Shown in pieces: positions 1 through 10,165 of a stretch of DNA of 64,000 nt (positions are counted from its first letter, which is position 1; each line of letters starts with the position of its first letter). The notes beneath the pieces were generated by a model. It did no database searches. It was not told the origin of the DNA and worked only from the letters and a program-made list of their open reading frames with translations. The position numbers were made by a program, and so were the translations under genes. Source of the DNA: Spirochaetia bacterium (GTDB lineage: Bacteria; Spirochaetota; Spirochaetia; CADAEX01); contig OY759746.1 of NCBI GenBank assembly GCA_963662795.1, forward strand, positions 3,776,001 through 3,840,000, written 5' to 3'.

Positions 1-1826
1 ATTATCAGATTAACATTATTGACACTCCCGGGCATGTAGATTTTACGGCGGAAGTAGAAAGATCTCTCCGTGTCCTTGACGGCGGGATTTCAATTTTCTG
101 CGCTGTCGGCGGTGTTGAACCTCAGTCGGAAACAGTGTGGCACCAGGCAGACAAGTATCATGTCCCGCGTATCGGATTTATCAATAAAATGGACAGGATA
201 GGTGCTGATTATTTTGAGGTTCTTGATGAAATAAAGGAAAAACTTGGAGGGAATCCTGTACCGCTCAATATACCGATCGGCAGCGAAAGCGATTTTGAAG
301 GGGTTGTCGATATTCTCGGAAAAAGGGAGCTCAGATGGGACAGGGATACCAACGGTACTGCAATAATTGAATCTGAAATACATGAAACAAGGATAGGCCT
401 CTATGAATACTGGAAAGAAAACCTTCTTGACAGGCTTTCATCGCATTCCGATGAAATAACAGAGCTCTATATAAGCGGAGAGGAAGTCCCTCTGGAGCTT
501 CTCAAGTCAGTGATAAGAAAGGCGACGATAGAAAGGAAAATACTTCCTGTTTTAACCGGCTCATCACTTAAAAACGCAGGAGTCCAGAGTCTTCTTGATG
601 CAGTTATCGACTACCTTCCCGCACCGGATGATCTGCCGCCGGTGAAAGGACACCATGCAAAAAAAGAAGAAGAAATATCAGTCCCGTGTAAAAAAGAGGG
701 AAATCCTCTCGGTTATGTTTTCAAAATCCAGGCTGACAGGGATGCGGGAGTTTACAGTTATGTAAGAATCTACTCCGGTACTTTCAGGAACGGATCAAGC
801 GTTATCAATCTGGATAAAGGGAAAAAGGAAAGGATAAACAGGATCCTGAGGATGCATTCAAACAGATCTGAAAATATGGATTCACTTTCAGCAGGGGACA
901 TAGGCGTATTTATAGGGCTCAAATTTTCCCAGACCGGTGACACCCTCGGACTTGACAGTTTTCCTGTAATTCTTGAAAAAATGGAATTTCCCGAACCTGT
1001 AATATCAATCGCGATAGAACCAAAAACAATTTCAGACAGGGACAGACTGAGGGAAGTGCTTGAAATACTTGCAAAGGAAGATCCTACTTTTACTGTCAGG
1101 GATAACGATGACACAGGACAGCTTGTTATTTCCGGAATGGGGGAACTTCACCTTGATGTTCTTGTAACCAGAATAATCGATGATTTCAAGGTAGAAGCCA
1201 ATATCGGAAACCCCCAGGTTTCATACAAGGAGTCAATAACAAAAGAAATTACACATGTGGAAAACTTTCAAAAAGTTATTGCCGGAAATGAAAACAGGGC
1301 AGAACTGACAATTGAGGTAAAACCTGCCAAAAGGGGTAAAGGCAATTCACTTAATACAGAAGCGATAAAGAAAAAACTCCCGAAAGATATACTTGATGCA
1401 ATTCACAGGGGTATAGAAGGCAGTTTTTCTGCAGGCATCAGTTTCGGTTATCCTATTGTTGATGTTGAGGTAACGGTAAAAGACGCGCAGTACAGTGAGA
1501 CCTTTTCATCTCCTTTTGCCTTTGAGGCAGCTTCTGCCATGGGTTTTGACTCAGCCTGCAATAAAGCCGCCCCTGTGCTGCTTGAACCTGTCATGACTGT
1601 TGACATAATGACACCCAAAGAATATGTAGGGGAAGTTATAAGCCAGGTTACAATGCGCGGAGGACTGATTGAAAGTCTTGAAAGCAGGCCCAGCATAGAA
1701 CATATAAGGGCACATTCCCCTCTTTCAAAAATGTTCGGCTACTCAACATCGCTCAGGAGTTCCACCCAGGGCCGGGGAACTTTCACAATGGAATTTTCCC
1801 ATTTTGCGAAAAAAGAGGAAAAATAA
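1..1826 (+). CDS. fusA: Elongation factor G paralog (spirochaete EF-G2/recycling-like), 5' end outside the window
   Basis: Frame is open from base 3 (YQINIIDTPGHVDFTAEVERSLRVLDG). NKMD and GMGELHL motifs and domain V LLEPVM...LRSSTQGRG are present. Domain IV tip motifs are degenerate. Confidence 0.93.
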   Translation, partial: YQINIIDTPGHVDFTAEVERSLRVLDGGISIFCAVGGVEPQSETVWHQADKYHVPRIGFINKMDRIGADYFEVLDEIKEKLGGNPVPLNIPIGSESDFEGVVDILGKRELRWDRDTNGTAIIESEIHETRIGLYEYWKENLLDRLSSHSDEITELYISGEEVPLELLKSVIRKATIERKILPVLTGSSLKNAGVQSLLDAVIDYLPAPDDLPPVKGHHAKKEEEISVPCKKEGNPLGYVFKIQADRDAGVYSYVRIYSGTFRNGSSVINLDKGKKERINRILRMHSNRSENMDSLSAGDIGVFIGLKFSQTGDTLGLDSFPVILEKMEFPEPVISIAIEPKTISDRDRLREVLEILAKEDPTFTVRDNDDTGQLVISGMGELHLDVLVTRIIDDFKVEANIGNPQVSYKESITKEITHVENFQKVIAGNENRAELTIEVKPAKRGKGNSLNTEAIKKKLPKDILDAIHRGIEGSFSAGISFGYPIVDVEVTVKDAQYSETFSSPFAFEAASAMGFDSACNKAAPVLLEPVMTVDIMTPKEYVGEVISQVTMRGGLIESLESRPSIEHIRAHSPLSKMFGYSTSLRSSTQGRGTFTMEFSHFAKKEEK

Positions 1827-1880
1827 TTCAAAACCATATTGCGCTGTATTTGCATAATGTTGTAAAGTAGCTGTTTTTTG

Positions 1881-1909
1881 TTGACAACCTCAATAGTCAA
1901 AGTTATCAT
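1881..1909 (+). promoter_or_regulatory. Sigma70-type promoter upstream of the second EF-G-like gene
   Basis: TTGACA-17 nt-TATCAT. Confidence 0.7.
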
Positions 1910-2112
1910 GGGAAGATTAAGAAAGGGCATCTTTGAGATATCAGTGATTTTCCGGCTTACAGGCCAGACAAAGACCTTTATTACACTGCCGGAAGTATCT
2001 GTTAAAGTAACAGGAGCTCAATTGCCTGCCCTTTATTGGGAAAGTTTTAGCCACTAACTGCTAAAAGCGCAGATTATGGATATTACCCAAATACTGAAAA
2101 CAGGAGTCTTGT

Positions 2113-4197
2113 ATGAGTTTCGCAACAGATGCTATTAAGAACACAGTCATTGCCGGGCATGTAAGCACAGGGAAAACAACCCTTATCGAAAACATCCTCC
2201 TCACCGGAGGGAAAATTACCAGGGCAGAAACTATTGAGAGCGGGAAAACAGTAAACGATTACACCGAAGAAGAAATTGAGAAAAAGATTTCGGTTCATTC
2301 GTCCCTATCCCACATGGAATGGAATAATAAAAAACTTAATTTCATAGACACACCGGGTTCTTCAGACTTTATCGGAGAGGTAATTGCAGGTTTCAGATCA
2401 TGTGAAACAGCCCTGATACTTGCCGGCTGCGATACCGGTGTCCAGATTGAGACTTTAAAACTCTGGAGAAATCTTGAGGAAAGGAACAAACCAAGATTTG
2501 TCTTCATAAATAAGTGCGACAAGGAAAGGGCGGATTTTACAGCTGCCATGCAGGATTTAAAGGATAAATTCCAGAAAACTTTTGTTCCGATATCAATCCC
2601 GATTGGAACAGGCGCAGCATACAAGGGGATTATCAACCTGCTCGAAGGAAAGGCATACCTTATACCGGAACCCGGGAAAAAAGAGAGTGCGTCCCCCATT
2701 CCTGCCGATATGCAGGAAGCTGCTGACGAATATAAAAACATGATGATAGAAGCTGCCGCCGAAGGTGATGATGCCATTACAGAAAAATACCTTGAAAACG
2801 GCACCCTGACACCTGAAGATATCAAAACAGGACTTATTGCAGGTCTTCGTGATAATAAAATTGTTCCTGTCCTCTGCGGCTGTGCACTCATGAATTCAGG
2901 AGTTACTGCACTTATCAACTTTATTGAAGCTGTTTCTCCATCTCCTTTGGGGCTAACGGAACTGGGCAGAGATAAAAACGAAGAAGAGACAGGGGTAAAA
3001 ATCGATCCCGCTGCCCCGATTTCCTTTCTTATATTCAAGACCAGTATAGACCAGTTTTCAGGCAAGCTTTCATTTCTTAAAGTTATTACCGGGATACTTA
3101 AACCGGATACCGAGCTTTACAATACACGGGAAGGAAAGAAAGAAAAAATCGGTAAACTCTATACAGCAAACGGGAAAAAAATTGAGGAAGTCAAGGAATT
3201 ACATGCCGGTGATTTAGGCATAGCCATAAAGCTTCCTTCTGCTATTACCAACGACACGCTCTGCACGCATGAGCACATTATATCCTATATACCGCTCAGG
3301 CTTCCGCATCCTGTTTATTCCACATGTGTATCAGCTGAAAGCAAGAAAGAGGAAGACAAATTAAACCAGTTTCTCCACAGGGTTGCGGAAGAAGACCTTA
3401 CATTCCAGATCAGGTTCAATACTGAAACAAAAGAATCAATAATTTCAGGAATGGGAGAGCTCCATATAAACATGATTCTTGACAAGATCAAGGACAAACA
3501 GAAAATCGCAATTCTAACCAAATTGCCCCAGGTTGCATACAGGGAAACAATAACAAAGAAAGCTTCAGGCAGCTACAGGCACAAGAAACAGTCGGGCGGA
3601 CACGGACAGTTCGGCGAAGTGCATTTTGAGCTTTCTCCAATTGAAAGAGGAAAATATCTTAGTTTTATAAACACTATCAAGGGCGGCTCTGTTTCCAAAG
3701 GCTATATACCGGGCATTGAAAAAGGTATTGCGGAAGGGATGCAGGAAGGAGTTCTTGCACATTACCCTGTTGTAGATATTGAAGTAAACCTTTTTGACGG
3801 AAAAGAACACCCGGTTGATTCATCAGAAATGTCATTCAAACTGGCGGCAAAGGGGTGCCTGAAGGCAGTACTTGAAAAAGCAGGTCCGACAATACTTGAG
3901 CCGGTCATGAAGCTTACTGTATATGTTGAAGATCAGTATCTCGGAGATGTGCTTTCAGATTTAAGCTCACGCCGCGGAAGGGTACTTGGACAGGAGCCTA
4001 TAGGAGGAGGACTTCAGGAGGTTAAAGCCGAAGTACCTGAAGCAGAACTTTTAAAATACGCTATAGATCTCAGATCCATCACATCAGGCACCGGCTCTTT
4101 TGAGGTCGAGTTTGACCATTATAATCCGATATCCGGAAAAATTGCGGAAACTGTAATGGCTGAAGCCAGGGCAAGAAAGGAAGCGGAGGCAGAATAA
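2113..4197 (+). CDS. fusA: Elongation factor G-like protein (EF-G2 class)
   Basis: GHVSTGKTT, DTPGSSDF, NKCD, GMGELH, KKQSGGHGQFG and HPVDSSE motifs; AGGAG RBS. Confidence 0.92.
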   Translation: MSFATDAIKNTVIAGHVSTGKTTLIENILLTGGKITRAETIESGKTVNDYTEEEIEKKISVHSSLSHMEWNNKKLNFIDTPGSSDFIGEVIAGFRSCETALILAGCDTGVQIETLKLWRNLEERNKPRFVFINKCDKERADFTAAMQDLKDKFQKTFVPISIPIGTGAAYKGIINLLEGKAYLIPEPGKKESASPIPADMQEAADEYKNMMIEAAAEGDDAITEKYLENGTLTPEDIKTGLIAGLRDNKIVPVLCGCALMNSGVTALINFIEAVSPSPLGLTELGRDKNEEETGVKIDPAAPISFLIFKTSIDQFSGKLSFLKVITGILKPDTELYNTREGKKEKIGKLYTANGKKIEEVKELHAGDLGIAIKLPSAITNDTLCTHEHIISYIPLRLPHPVYSTCVSAESKKEEDKLNQFLHRVAEEDLTFQIRFNTETKESIISGMGELHINMILDKIKDKQKIAILTKLPQVAYRETITKKASGSYRHKKQSGGHGQFGEVHFELSPIERGKYLSFINTIKGGSVSKGYIPGIEKGIAEGMQEGVLAHYPVVDIEVNLFDGKEHPVDSSEMSFKLAAKGCLKAVLEKAGPTILEPVMKLTVYVEDQYLGDVLSDLSSRRGRVLGQEPIGGGLQEVKAEVPEAELLKYAIDLRSITSGTGSFEVEFDHYNPISGKIAETVMAEARARKEAEAE

Positions 4198-4229
4198 TAT
4201 TTTTATCAGTTTAAAAGCTGAACTATAAT

Positions 4230-4268
4230 AACCCGGCAGGCTTTAAAGAGGCTTTCCGGGTTTTTTTA
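4230..4268. terminator. Likely intrinsic terminator between the convergent EF-G-like and trmB genes
   Basis: AACCCGG...CCGGGTT stem followed by a T run; overlaps the trmB stop. Confidence 0.5.
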
Positions 4269-4989
4269 TGAAGAACGATTCATAGATGCTGTGGTTTTTC
4301 CTGTAGCCCTTGGTTTCAAATCTGGTTTCAGGCCGCCATGGCAGGATGGAACTTCCATCACCGCGAGGGGCAAAACCGGGGAATGGGGATTCGAGTGAAG
4401 TGAACGAGGAAAAAACTTTCTGCATCTGATTGCCGTAATCCTCCCAGTCAGTTACCGCATAGATGTATCCGCCGGGTGATAAAACATCAATAAGCGAAGA
4501 GGTAAAATCAGGATTTATAATTCTTCTCTTATTGTGCTTTTTTTTATGCCACGGGTCAGGGAAAAAGATATGGAACCCGTTAAAACAGAACTTTCCCTTT
4601 AAAGCTGCTTCTATTACCTCAACAGCGTCATGGTTCACAATCCTGATATTTTCAAGTTTTTTTTCATCGATCAGCTTCAATAAATTGCCGACTCCCGGCG
4701 GATAGACTTCGATACCGATATATGTAATGTCCCTGTTTTTCCCTGCCATCATCGCAAGGGCATCCCCGTTTCCGAATCCTATCTCCGCAATAATCTTCCG
4801 GTTTTTTTTTAAGGCGCCGGAAATAAAATCAGAGCCCTCACTTCCGCTGTCAAACATGTTCTGCGAGTATTTCAGCATATAACTGGGGCCTTTATTCAAA
4901 AGCGCATTCCGCTGACCCTTTGTCAGTCTTCCGGCCCTCATGACAAAGCTCCTGATCGTTCTTATGCTTTTTATTGTTTGTTCCTGCAT
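4243..4989 (-). CDS. trmB: tRNA (guanine-N7)-methyltransferase
   Basis: IRSFVMRAGRLT, EIGFGNG, GIEVY, FFPDPWHKKKHNKRR and TDWEDY motifs. Start placed at the ATG at 4989. Confidence 0.95.
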   Translation of the reverse strand: MQEQTIKSIRTIRSFVMRAGRLTKGQRNALLNKGPSYMLKYSQNMFDSGSEGSDFISGALKKNRKIIAEIGFGNGDALAMMAGKNRDITYIGIEVYPPGVGNLLKLIDEKKLENIRIVNHDAVEVIEAALKGKFCFNGFHIFFPDPWHKKKHNKRRIINPDFTSSLIDVLSPGGYIYAVTDWEDYGNQMQKVFSSFTSLESPFPGFAPRGDGSSILPWRPETRFETKGYRKNHSIYESFFIKKPGKPL

Positions 4990-5035
4990 TGGTGGAATAA
5001 TAATAAAACAGAGTGAATATTGCAATCGGGATATT

Positions 5036-8000
5036 TCAAAGAAACCTTACAAGCTTTTCCCTTATAAAGGTGGATTTCTCCTTGAGGCCGATGATATCTG
5101 TTTCAAGAACAAGGATATTGGGCCTGTAGGGATCAAGCCTGACCTTTCCCTTGCCTTCCCTTATCAGAATTATTACTTTATCTGCAGATATCATTGAAAC
5201 TCTTGCAAATTCGATCTCAAGAAATCCCTTCCTCTCTTTCATGGAACTGATATAAAGCTTTCTGCATATTATCCGTATCTCCGCAAGCGACATCAGGCTT
5301 TCCACTTCATCAGGGAGCGGGCCGAACCTGTCTTCAAGTTCGCTGTAGAGCCTGTCAAGTTCTTCCTGCGAATTGATGGCGGCTATTGATTTGTAGATTT
5401 CCATTTTCTCAAGCTGATCCCTGATGTAGCTGTCCGGTATATAACCGCTGTATTCAAGGTCAAGATAAACCTCGGGGGGCTCATCCCCACTTTCCTTCTT
5501 GTCAAGTTCCCTTACCGCCTCATCAATAAGCCTCAGGTACATATCAAAGCCGACAGATGCAATCTCGCCGCTCTGCTCCCGTCCAAGCAGATTGCCGGCG
5601 CCGCGCACCTCAAGGTCTTTGAGGGCAATCTTGAAACCGGAACCCAGCTCTGTGTTATCCGATATAATCTGAAGCCGTTTCATCGCAAGCTCCGAAAGCG
5701 CCCTCTGCTCGGGATAAAGAAGATATGCGTAAGCAAGCCGGTCAGACCGTCCGACCCTTCCCCTCAGCTGATAAAGCTGTGAGATACCGTACATGTCTGC
5801 CCTGTCTATAATGATTGTATTTACATTGGGAATATCAATGCCGTTTTCAATGATTGTTGTTGAAACCAGGACATGGATGCCGTGGTGCACAAAACGCTTC
5901 ATGACATCCTCAATCTCCAGAGGATTAAGCCTCCCGTGCGCTGTTTCAACAAGTATTTCCGGCATCAGTTTCTGAAGAAACAGCTTAATGCTCTCAAGGC
6001 TTTCAATCCTGTTATGCAGGTAATAAACCTGCCCTCCCCTTTCAACTTCCCTCCTGATAGCATTAACTACAGCCTCTTCGCTGAATTCCTGGACAAATGT
6101 TTCTATCGGTCTTCTGTTGTGGGGAGGAGTTTTAAGGACAGACATATCCCTTATTTTCAGCAGAGACATGTGAAGCGTTCTTGGAATGGGAGTTGCGGAG
6201 AGGGTAAGGCAGTCAACCGAGGATTTCATATCTTTCATCCTCTCCTTGGCTTTTACTCCGAATCTCTGTTCCTCATCAATTATCATGAGTCCGAGATTTT
6301 TAAAATTGATATCTTTCTGGAGCATCCTGTGGGTTCCGATGACAATATCAACTTCTCCGCTGCTTATTTTTTTTACTGTCTCTTTCTGATCATGTTTTGT
6401 TACAAATCTTGACAGCATTCCGATGTTGATCGGATAATTGGCAAATCTTTCCTTGAAATTATCATAATGCTGTTCTACAAGGATAGTTGTGGGGGCAAGG
6501 TATGCGACCTGTTTGCCTCCGGATGCTGCCTTGAATGCTGCCCGCATCGCAACCTCAGTCTTGCCGTAGCCTACATCTCCGCATAAAAGCCGGTCCATCG
6601 GAGATGGGCTTTCCATATCGTTTTTAATCTCTTCGATTGAGGTCAACTGATCTTCCGTCTCTTCAAACGGAAATGATGCTTCAAACTCATTCTGCCAGTC
6701 TGTATCCCGCTGAAAGGCATACCCTCTTGCGTGCTTTCGTCTTGAATAGATTTCAATAAGTTTATGGGCAATCTCCTCGGCAGCTTTTTTAACTTTGTTT
6801 TTTCTGGTTTCCCATGATTTCCCGCCGAGCCTGTCAAGGCGGGGCGCGCCCCCCTCGCTTCCGATATACCTCTGGATAAGATTTACCTGTTCAATCGGGA
6901 TAAAGATATTTTCCTCATCAGCATATTCAATCTGAATGTAATCCCGCTCTGTATTGGCTGCCTTTATACGGTCTATCCCCAGGTATTTCCCGATTCCGTA
7001 GCTTACATGGACAACAAAGTCTCCGGGATTGAGTTCCACAAATGAATCTATCGGCTGACTTTTTGTTTTTTTAATTGACGAGGGGACCCGCTTTTTGCGT
7101 CCGAAAATTTCATTCTCATGAATGGCTATTATTTTCTGCATCGGCAGAACAAATCCTGAGGAGACAGATGCCGTAACAACTATGACATCCATATCCTTTA
7201 AAACATTTTCAATTCTTGTCCGCTGGGATTCTGATGAAGAAAAGATAAAAACCGTATATCCGCTGTCAATTAGTTTACCAAGTTCATCTTTAAGATAATT
7301 GAAATTACCGAAAAAGGACCTTCCGGATTCATATGCAAACCGTATGAATTTTGATGCATCCCTTGCTGCATCCTTCTTCCTGTCACTGCTGCCGAGGACA
7401 GGAAGAAGTACTTTCCTTTTTATTTTTCCGACAAGGGTTGAATATTCCGCATATAGATTATCAGGAGCAATTGAATCAGGAATATTTTTAATTTTCCTTC
7501 CCCTGTACAGCTCCTTAAGCTCTCTTGTAATTACATCGCTGTTTGAATACAGCAGCTCGCTTTCAGCAAGAAAAACCGTCCCCTCATCACCTATGTAATC
7601 AGTTATAAGAGACTGATTTTTAAAAGTTCCCGGAAAAAGATATTCCTCTCCGGGTAGTCTTCTGAACTCAAGCAGTTCAGCCTTCTCATCATCCGTAATA
7701 ATTCCTCTGTCATAAGCGCTTTTAATGGCATTGTCAGTCCAGATTATTTCCCTGTTGGGATAGATAATGATCTCATCTGTCTGTCCGGTTGACTGCTGCC
7801 CGACAGGGTCAAAATATTTAATGTTTTCAATCTCATCAAAACCGAAAACAATCCTTACAGCATCCTCCGTCCCCGGCATGAATATATCAAGGACTTCTCC
7901 GCGTAGGGCAAATTCGCCGTGAATACTTACACGCGGCACCCTGAGGTATCCTGCCTGCTCAAGTTTATTACCGATATCGGTGGAATTAATGGATTTTCCT

Positions 8001-8440
8001 TTTTTAAGATGAATAAAAAATGAGGTAAGAAATTCTTTTTCCGGCAGATGCGTGAGAAAAGCCTTCTGAGACATGGATACAGCTGTTTTTTTCCCGGACA
8101 TAATTCTGCTTAAAGCGCTTACCCTTGACCCTGAAACATAAGCTGAAGGGTTGTCGCCGCTGTAGGGAATGGTTTCCCAGGAAGGGAAAAAGAGCATTTC
8201 ATCTTCAAACAGGTTATAATCGCTGCAGAAATCTCTGGCTTCCCTGTCTGTCGGAAAAACAAACAGAAACGGGGCTTTTGAATATTTAAGCAGCTCATGA
8301 GTAAGGCATGCCAGTACAACACCGCGCAAACCCCCTAAAAAGAGGGGAAACTGACGCTCTGTAAAGTATTTAAGGAGCTCTTTATACTCTTTTGTCTTTG
8401 TAAGACTATCCAATGTTTTATTTAAGAATAATGTTATCAT
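5036..8440 (-). CDS. mfd: Transcription-repair coupling factor
   Basis: UvrB-like N-terminus, CarD/RID domain (GDFVVHVSYGIGKY), GDVGYGKT, DEEQRFGV, QLRGRVGRS, TRCF C-terminus; 1134 aa. Confidence 0.97.
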   Translation of the reverse strand: MITLFLNKTLDSLTKTKEYKELLKYFTERQFPLFLGGLRGVVLACLTHELLKYSKAPFLFVFPTDREARDFCSDYNLFEDEMLFFPSWETIPYSGDNPSAYVSGSRVSALSRIMSGKKTAVSMSQKAFLTHLPEKEFLTSFFIHLKKGKSINSTDIGNKLEQAGYLRVPRVSIHGEFALRGEVLDIFMPGTEDAVRIVFGFDEIENIKYFDPVGQQSTGQTDEIIIYPNREIIWTDNAIKSAYDRGIITDDEKAELLEFRRLPGEEYLFPGTFKNQSLITDYIGDEGTVFLAESELLYSNSDVITRELKELYRGRKIKNIPDSIAPDNLYAEYSTLVGKIKRKVLLPVLGSSDRKKDAARDASKFIRFAYESGRSFFGNFNYLKDELGKLIDSGYTVFIFSSSESQRTRIENVLKDMDVIVVTASVSSGFVLPMQKIIAIHENEIFGRKKRVPSSIKKTKSQPIDSFVELNPGDFVVHVSYGIGKYLGIDRIKAANTERDYIQIEYADEENIFIPIEQVNLIQRYIGSEGGAPRLDRLGGKSWETRKNKVKKAAEEIAHKLIEIYSRRKHARGYAFQRDTDWQNEFEASFPFEETEDQLTSIEEIKNDMESPSPMDRLLCGDVGYGKTEVAMRAAFKAASGGKQVAYLAPTTILVEQHYDNFKERFANYPINIGMLSRFVTKHDQKETVKKISSGEVDIVIGTHRMLQKDINFKNLGLMIIDEEQRFGVKAKERMKDMKSSVDCLTLSATPIPRTLHMSLLKIRDMSVLKTPPHNRRPIETFVQEFSEEAVVNAIRREVERGGQVYYLHNRIESLESIKLFLQKLMPEILVETAHGRLNPLEIEDVMKRFVHHGIHVLVSTTIIENGIDIPNVNTIIIDRADMYGISQLYQLRGRVGRSDRLAYAYLLYPEQRALSELAMKRLQIISDNTELGSGFKIALKDLEVRGAGNLLGREQSGEIASVGFDMYLRLIDEAVRELDKKESGDEPPEVYLDLEYSGYIPDSYIRDQLEKMEIYKSIAAINSQEELDRLYSELEDRFGPLPDEVESLMSLAEIRIICRKLYISSMKERKGFLEIEFARVSMISADKVIILIREGKGKVRLDPYRPNILVLETDIIGLKEKSTFIREKLVRFL

Positions 8441-8480
8441 TTTTTTTTCCGAAAATTATAATAGTATCAGGAGTAATATT

Positions 8481-9443
8481 TTGAAAAAACATTCAGTATG
8501 CCTTTATTTTTTACTCTTACTGTTTTCCGCACCTCTTTTTGCGACTTCAGGGGATGTAAGTTGTTCCATCAGGTTTTTTAACAAAAAAATCTATTATGCA
8601 GGCGACAATGTTGAGCTGCGCGTTGAACTTTTCAATAACAGCGCTGATAATTTCTCATTTCAGACAACAGACCCCAAACATTTTAACACAAAAATCATAA
8701 TAAAAGACCTTACCGGACGTGAACTTAAGGACAGGTACAAATTTACCAGAGAGATTAACTCTGTTCAACATGTTTATTACAGGAATATGATAATTCAGCC
8801 GGGAGAAGTTTTCGCTTTTAATATATACCTTAACGACCTCGCCGATGTTGCAGAACCCGGTCTTTATTTTATTCAGCTTGAATTCTTTCCGGAATTATCA
8901 GATGGAGAGAATAAATCGATAAAATCAAATATAATTGATTTTTCCCTTAAGCCGAACCTCGGTGTAAGTGAAGTGCAAAAGATTATTGACTATGAAACAG
9001 GTGAAATACTCAGGAAAGAGAAGAAAGCTCCGGATGAGGTTGTTGAATATACGATAAAAGCGCTTCAAAAAAGCGAATTCGACAAATATTTTTTATATAT
9101 TGATCTTGAAAGCATAATGCTTAAATCCCAGGACAGAAGAGAAAGATATATAAGACTTCCTGATATGGAGCGGAAAAAACTGACAGATGAATACAGAATG
9201 ATGCTTGTTAAAAACCTTCAGGCTGATTACAGGACAGCGGATGCAGAAGCAATAATTTACCGCCCCTTTTATTACGAAATAATAAAAACATGGTATACTG
9301 ATAAAAATGCGGAAGTTATTGTAAAACAGAAATTTAAATATGAGCAGCTTACTGAAATCAAGGAATATACATATAAATTGAAAAAGGTTGACAGTATCTG
9401 GCTTATTTATGATTATATTGTAATCAACAAAGGTACGGAATGA
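8481..9443 (+). CDS. Exported hypothetical protein
   Basis: 320-aa ORF with TTG start, AGGAG RBS and N-terminal signal peptide; overlaps the next gene (ATGA). Confidence 0.75.
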   Translation: MKKHSVCLYFLLLLFSAPLFATSGDVSCSIRFFNKKIYYAGDNVELRVELFNNSADNFSFQTTDPKHFNTKIIIKDLTGRELKDRYKFTREINSVQHVYYRNMIIQPGEVFAFNIYLNDLADVAEPGLYFIQLEFFPELSDGENKSIKSNIIDFSLKPNLGVSEVQKIIDYETGEILRKEKKAPDEVVEYTIKALQKSEFDKYFLYIDLESIMLKSQDRRERYIRLPDMERKKLTDEYRMMLVKNLQADYRTADAEAIIYRPFYYEIIKTWYTDKNAEVIVKQKFKYEQLTEIKEYTYKLKKVDSIWLIYDYIVINKGTE

Positions 9444-10165
9444 AGATTCTGGTAATAGCTGAAAAAGAAAAAACAACTGATATTATAAAAAAACATCTCC
9501 CCCCGCTTGGATTTGATTTTATTTTTTATTCAAATCCTGTAAAGGCGATGGATAATATTTCAGAAATCAAACCGGAACTTGTTCTCTTCAGCGCAGAAGA
9601 TTACCCGAGACACTGGAAAATATTCCTGAAAGTTCTGAGGGTTTTTTACTCACACGAAGAAAGTGTCTTCATACTTCTTAAAACATCATTTTTTTCAGAG
9701 GAAGATGCGGGAAAAGCCGCTTTTCTGGGTGTTAACGGCCTTATAGATGAAGATCTTGAGGAATATATGCTTGTCGACCGGCTTAAGGCAATTTTTTCGC
9801 GCTATCTTCTTCCAAGGGAATCAAGACGTTACAGACGGTATTTTGTATCCCCTTCCGACAAGGTTGATTTTATTTTCAATCATCCCGAAACCATGGAGCT
9901 TGCATCAGGCAAAGTAGTAGAAATATCTCCGCGCGGAACAACAATACTTATACCGGAAAAATTATCTTCCGCGCTAATAAAGGGAAGTAAAATCAACTAC
10001 TGCTCCGTAAAAATAAATGAACGTATCATTACAACAGACTGCACAGTCTACAGAAGCGAATTTTATACAACACTTTTATTTGATGATATAAGTGATGATG
10101 ATATAGATTTTCTTAAAAATTATTTCGATGAAAGGGCTGTAAGAGAACTTAAAAAAAATGCCTGA
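9440..10165 (+). CDS. Atypical receiver-like plus PilZ-like domain protein
   Basis: REC-like N-terminus (MKILVIAE...PELVLFS) with no phospho-acceptor Asp. C-terminal RRYRR and EISPRG resemble PilZ RxxxR and DxSxxG. Confidence 0.6.
   Translation: MKILVIAEKEKTTDIIKKHLPPLGFDFIFYSNPVKAMDNISEIKPELVLFSAEDYPRHWKIFLKVLRVFYSHEESVFILLKTSFFSEEDAGKAAFLGVNGLIDEDLEEYMLVDRLKAIFSRYLLPRESRRYRRYFVSPSDKVDFIFNHPETMELASGKVVEISPRGTTILIPEKLSSALIKGSKINYCSVKINERIITTDCTVYRSEFYTTLLFDDISDDDIDFLKNYFDERAVRELKKNA

Noticed and set aside
2295-3065. Long antisense ORF (also 16607-17281, 24897-25388, 5873-6412 and others)
   Set aside because: Shadow frames of well-supported genes with no motifs of their own.
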